Source: Mycobacterium leprae TN
Lineage (GTDB): Bacteria > Actinomycetota > Actinomycetes > Mycobacteriales > Mycobacteriaceae
Assembly (NCBI RefSeq): GCF_000195855.1
Contig: NC_002677.1
Span: forward strand, 1,380,001-1,412,000
Direction of reading: 5' to 3'
DNA length: 32,000 nucleotides
Shown: piece after piece, positions 30,785 through 32,000 of the stretch
Layout: each line of letters starts with the position of its first letter
Numbering within the stretch: the first letter of the stretch is position 1
Notes under the pieces: generated by a model
Databases searched by the model: none
What the model saw: the letters and a program-made list of their open reading frames with translations, nothing else
What the model was told of the DNA's origin: nothing
Translations under genes and position numbers: made by a program

Positions 30785-32000
30785 ATGACTAACAGCGCCT
30801 ACCCGCGCACTGATCTGGGCGCCGACCAGCGCGGCGGGTCCCCAAATTTTCCTGCGCTGGAAGCCCAGGTCCTCGATTATTGGTCCAACGACGATACTTT
30901 TCGGGCCAGCATTGCCCGTTGTGACGACGCCCCCGAGTACGTGTTCTATGACGGACCTCCCTTCGCTAATGGCCTGCCACATTATGGGCATCTGCTCACC
31001 GGCTATGTGAAGGACATCGTTCCGCGTTACCGCACCATGTGTGGCTATAAAGTAGAGCGCCGCTTTGGTTGGGACACGCACGGGCTGCCTGCTGAACTCG
31101 AAGTCGAGCGGCAGCTGGGTATCACCGACAAATCCCAGATCGACGCCATGGGAATTGCCGCGTTCAACGAAGCATGTCGCAAATCGGTGTTGCGCTACAC
31201 GGAAGAATGGCAGGCGTATGTAACCCGCCAGGCACGCTGGGTCGACTTCGATAACGATTACAAGACACTCGATCTGTCTTACATGGAGTCTGTGATCTGG
31301 GCGTTTAAACAGCTGTGGGACAAGGGTTTGGCTTACGAGAGCTATCGGGTGTTGCCGTACTGCTGGCGCGACGAAACCCCGCTATCCAACCACGAACTGC
31401 GGATGGACGACGACGTCTATCAAAGCCGCCAGGATCCGGCGGTCACGCTGGGCTTCAAGGTGCTGGGGGGTGACGATGAGGACCTAGTTGGTGCTTATCT
31501 TTTGGTGTGGACGACGACGCCCTGGACTTTACCGTCGAACCTGGCCGTTGCCGTCCATCCGGATGTAACCTATGTCGATGTCAGGGCAGGCGATCGCCGT
31601 TTCGTTTTGGCACAGGCGCGTCTGACCGCCTATGCTCGAGAGCTAGGCGACGAACCTGAGGTGCTTGCCACCTATCGTGGCGCCGATCTGCTGGGCAGGC
31701 ACTATCTGCCGCCGTTCCAGTATTTCTACGAGTCTGCTAGAAATGCATTTCAGGTGCTCCCAGGAGACTTCGTGACTACTGATGACGGCACTGGTATCGT
31801 CCATATCGCGCCTGCCTACGGCGAAGATGATATGGCGACCGCCGATAAGGTTGGCATCGTTCCGGTCACGCCGGTTGACTCTAACGGTTGTTTTGACGCC
31901 ACCGTGCCCGATTACCAGGGGCAACACGTCTTTGAGGCCAACGCCCAGATCATCCGCGATCTGAAGAACCAGAGTGGCTCGGCGGCGGTGAACGGCGCGG
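30785..32000 (+). CDS. ileS: Isoleucyl-tRNA synthetase, 5' portion (runs off the window end)
   Basis: ATG at 30785: [113 protein letters not shown]; HIGH-variant HYGH; open to the last base, which explains its absence from the ORF track. Confidence 0.97.
   Translation, partial: MTNSAYPRTDLGADQRGGSPNFPALEAQVLDYWSNDDTFRASIARCDDAPEYVFYDGPPFANGLPHYGHLLTGYVKDIVPRYRTMCGYKVERRFGWDTHGLPAELEVERQLGITDKSQIDAMGIAAFNEACRKSVLRYTEEWQAYVTRQARWVDFDNDYKTLDLSYMESVIWAFKQLWDKGLAYESYRVLPYCWRDETPLSNHELRMDDDVYQSRQDPAVTLGFKVLGGDDEDLVGAYLLVWTTTPWTLPSNLAVAVHPDVTYVDVRAGDRRFVLAQARLTAYARELGDEPEVLATYRGADLLGRHYLPPFQYFYESARNAFQVLPGDFVTTDDGTGIVHIAPAYGEDDMATADKVGIVPVTPVDSNGCFDATVPDYQGQHVFEANAQIIRDLKNQSGSAAVNGA

Noticed and set aside
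1-32000. Searched by eye for CRISPR arrays, retron/toxin-antitoxin or phage-defence gene sets, tRNA and rRNA genes
   Set aside because: No regularly spaced direct repeats with unique spacers, no recognisable defence or RNA genes; the only dispersed element found was RLEP.

Overview
The window looks like Mycobacterium leprae: compact intact genes separated by long non-coding stretches full of decayed gene remnants. Intact genes I can support are: (i) a minus-strand PE - PPE - EsxK/J-like - EsxL/N-like cassette (0.3-2.6 kb); (ii) a Tat-exported DUF1906-type protein orthologous to Rv2525c; (iii) the giant type I fatty acid synthase fas (3076 aa); (iv) acpS; (v) an M20-family dipeptidase (Rv2522c-like); and (vi) the 5' part of ileS, preceded by a T-box leader. 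The 3.6-13 kb region is a graveyard of catabolic/regulatory pseudogenes: Zn-alcohol dehydrogenase, two cytochrome P450 pieces, TetR, acyl-CoA synthetase (FadD), SDR, GntR and CaiB/BaiF CoA-transferase. An RLEP dispersed repeat lies between the M20 gene and ileS; it is recognised by exact matches to the classic RLEP diagnostic PCR primers. The least expected structure is a perfect 46-bp palindrome (11776-11821) inside the CaiB pseudogene. Other small structures are a 5x12-bp in-frame VNTR in the PPE gene, two 2-copy tandem duplications, a 16-bp-stem hairpin directly after the acpS stop, and an ORF with a 14-residue coiled-coil periodicity. I found no convincing undescribed multi-gene system, no CRISPR array, and no tRNA/rRNA. 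Family assignments are from memory of protein motifs; no database search was run.
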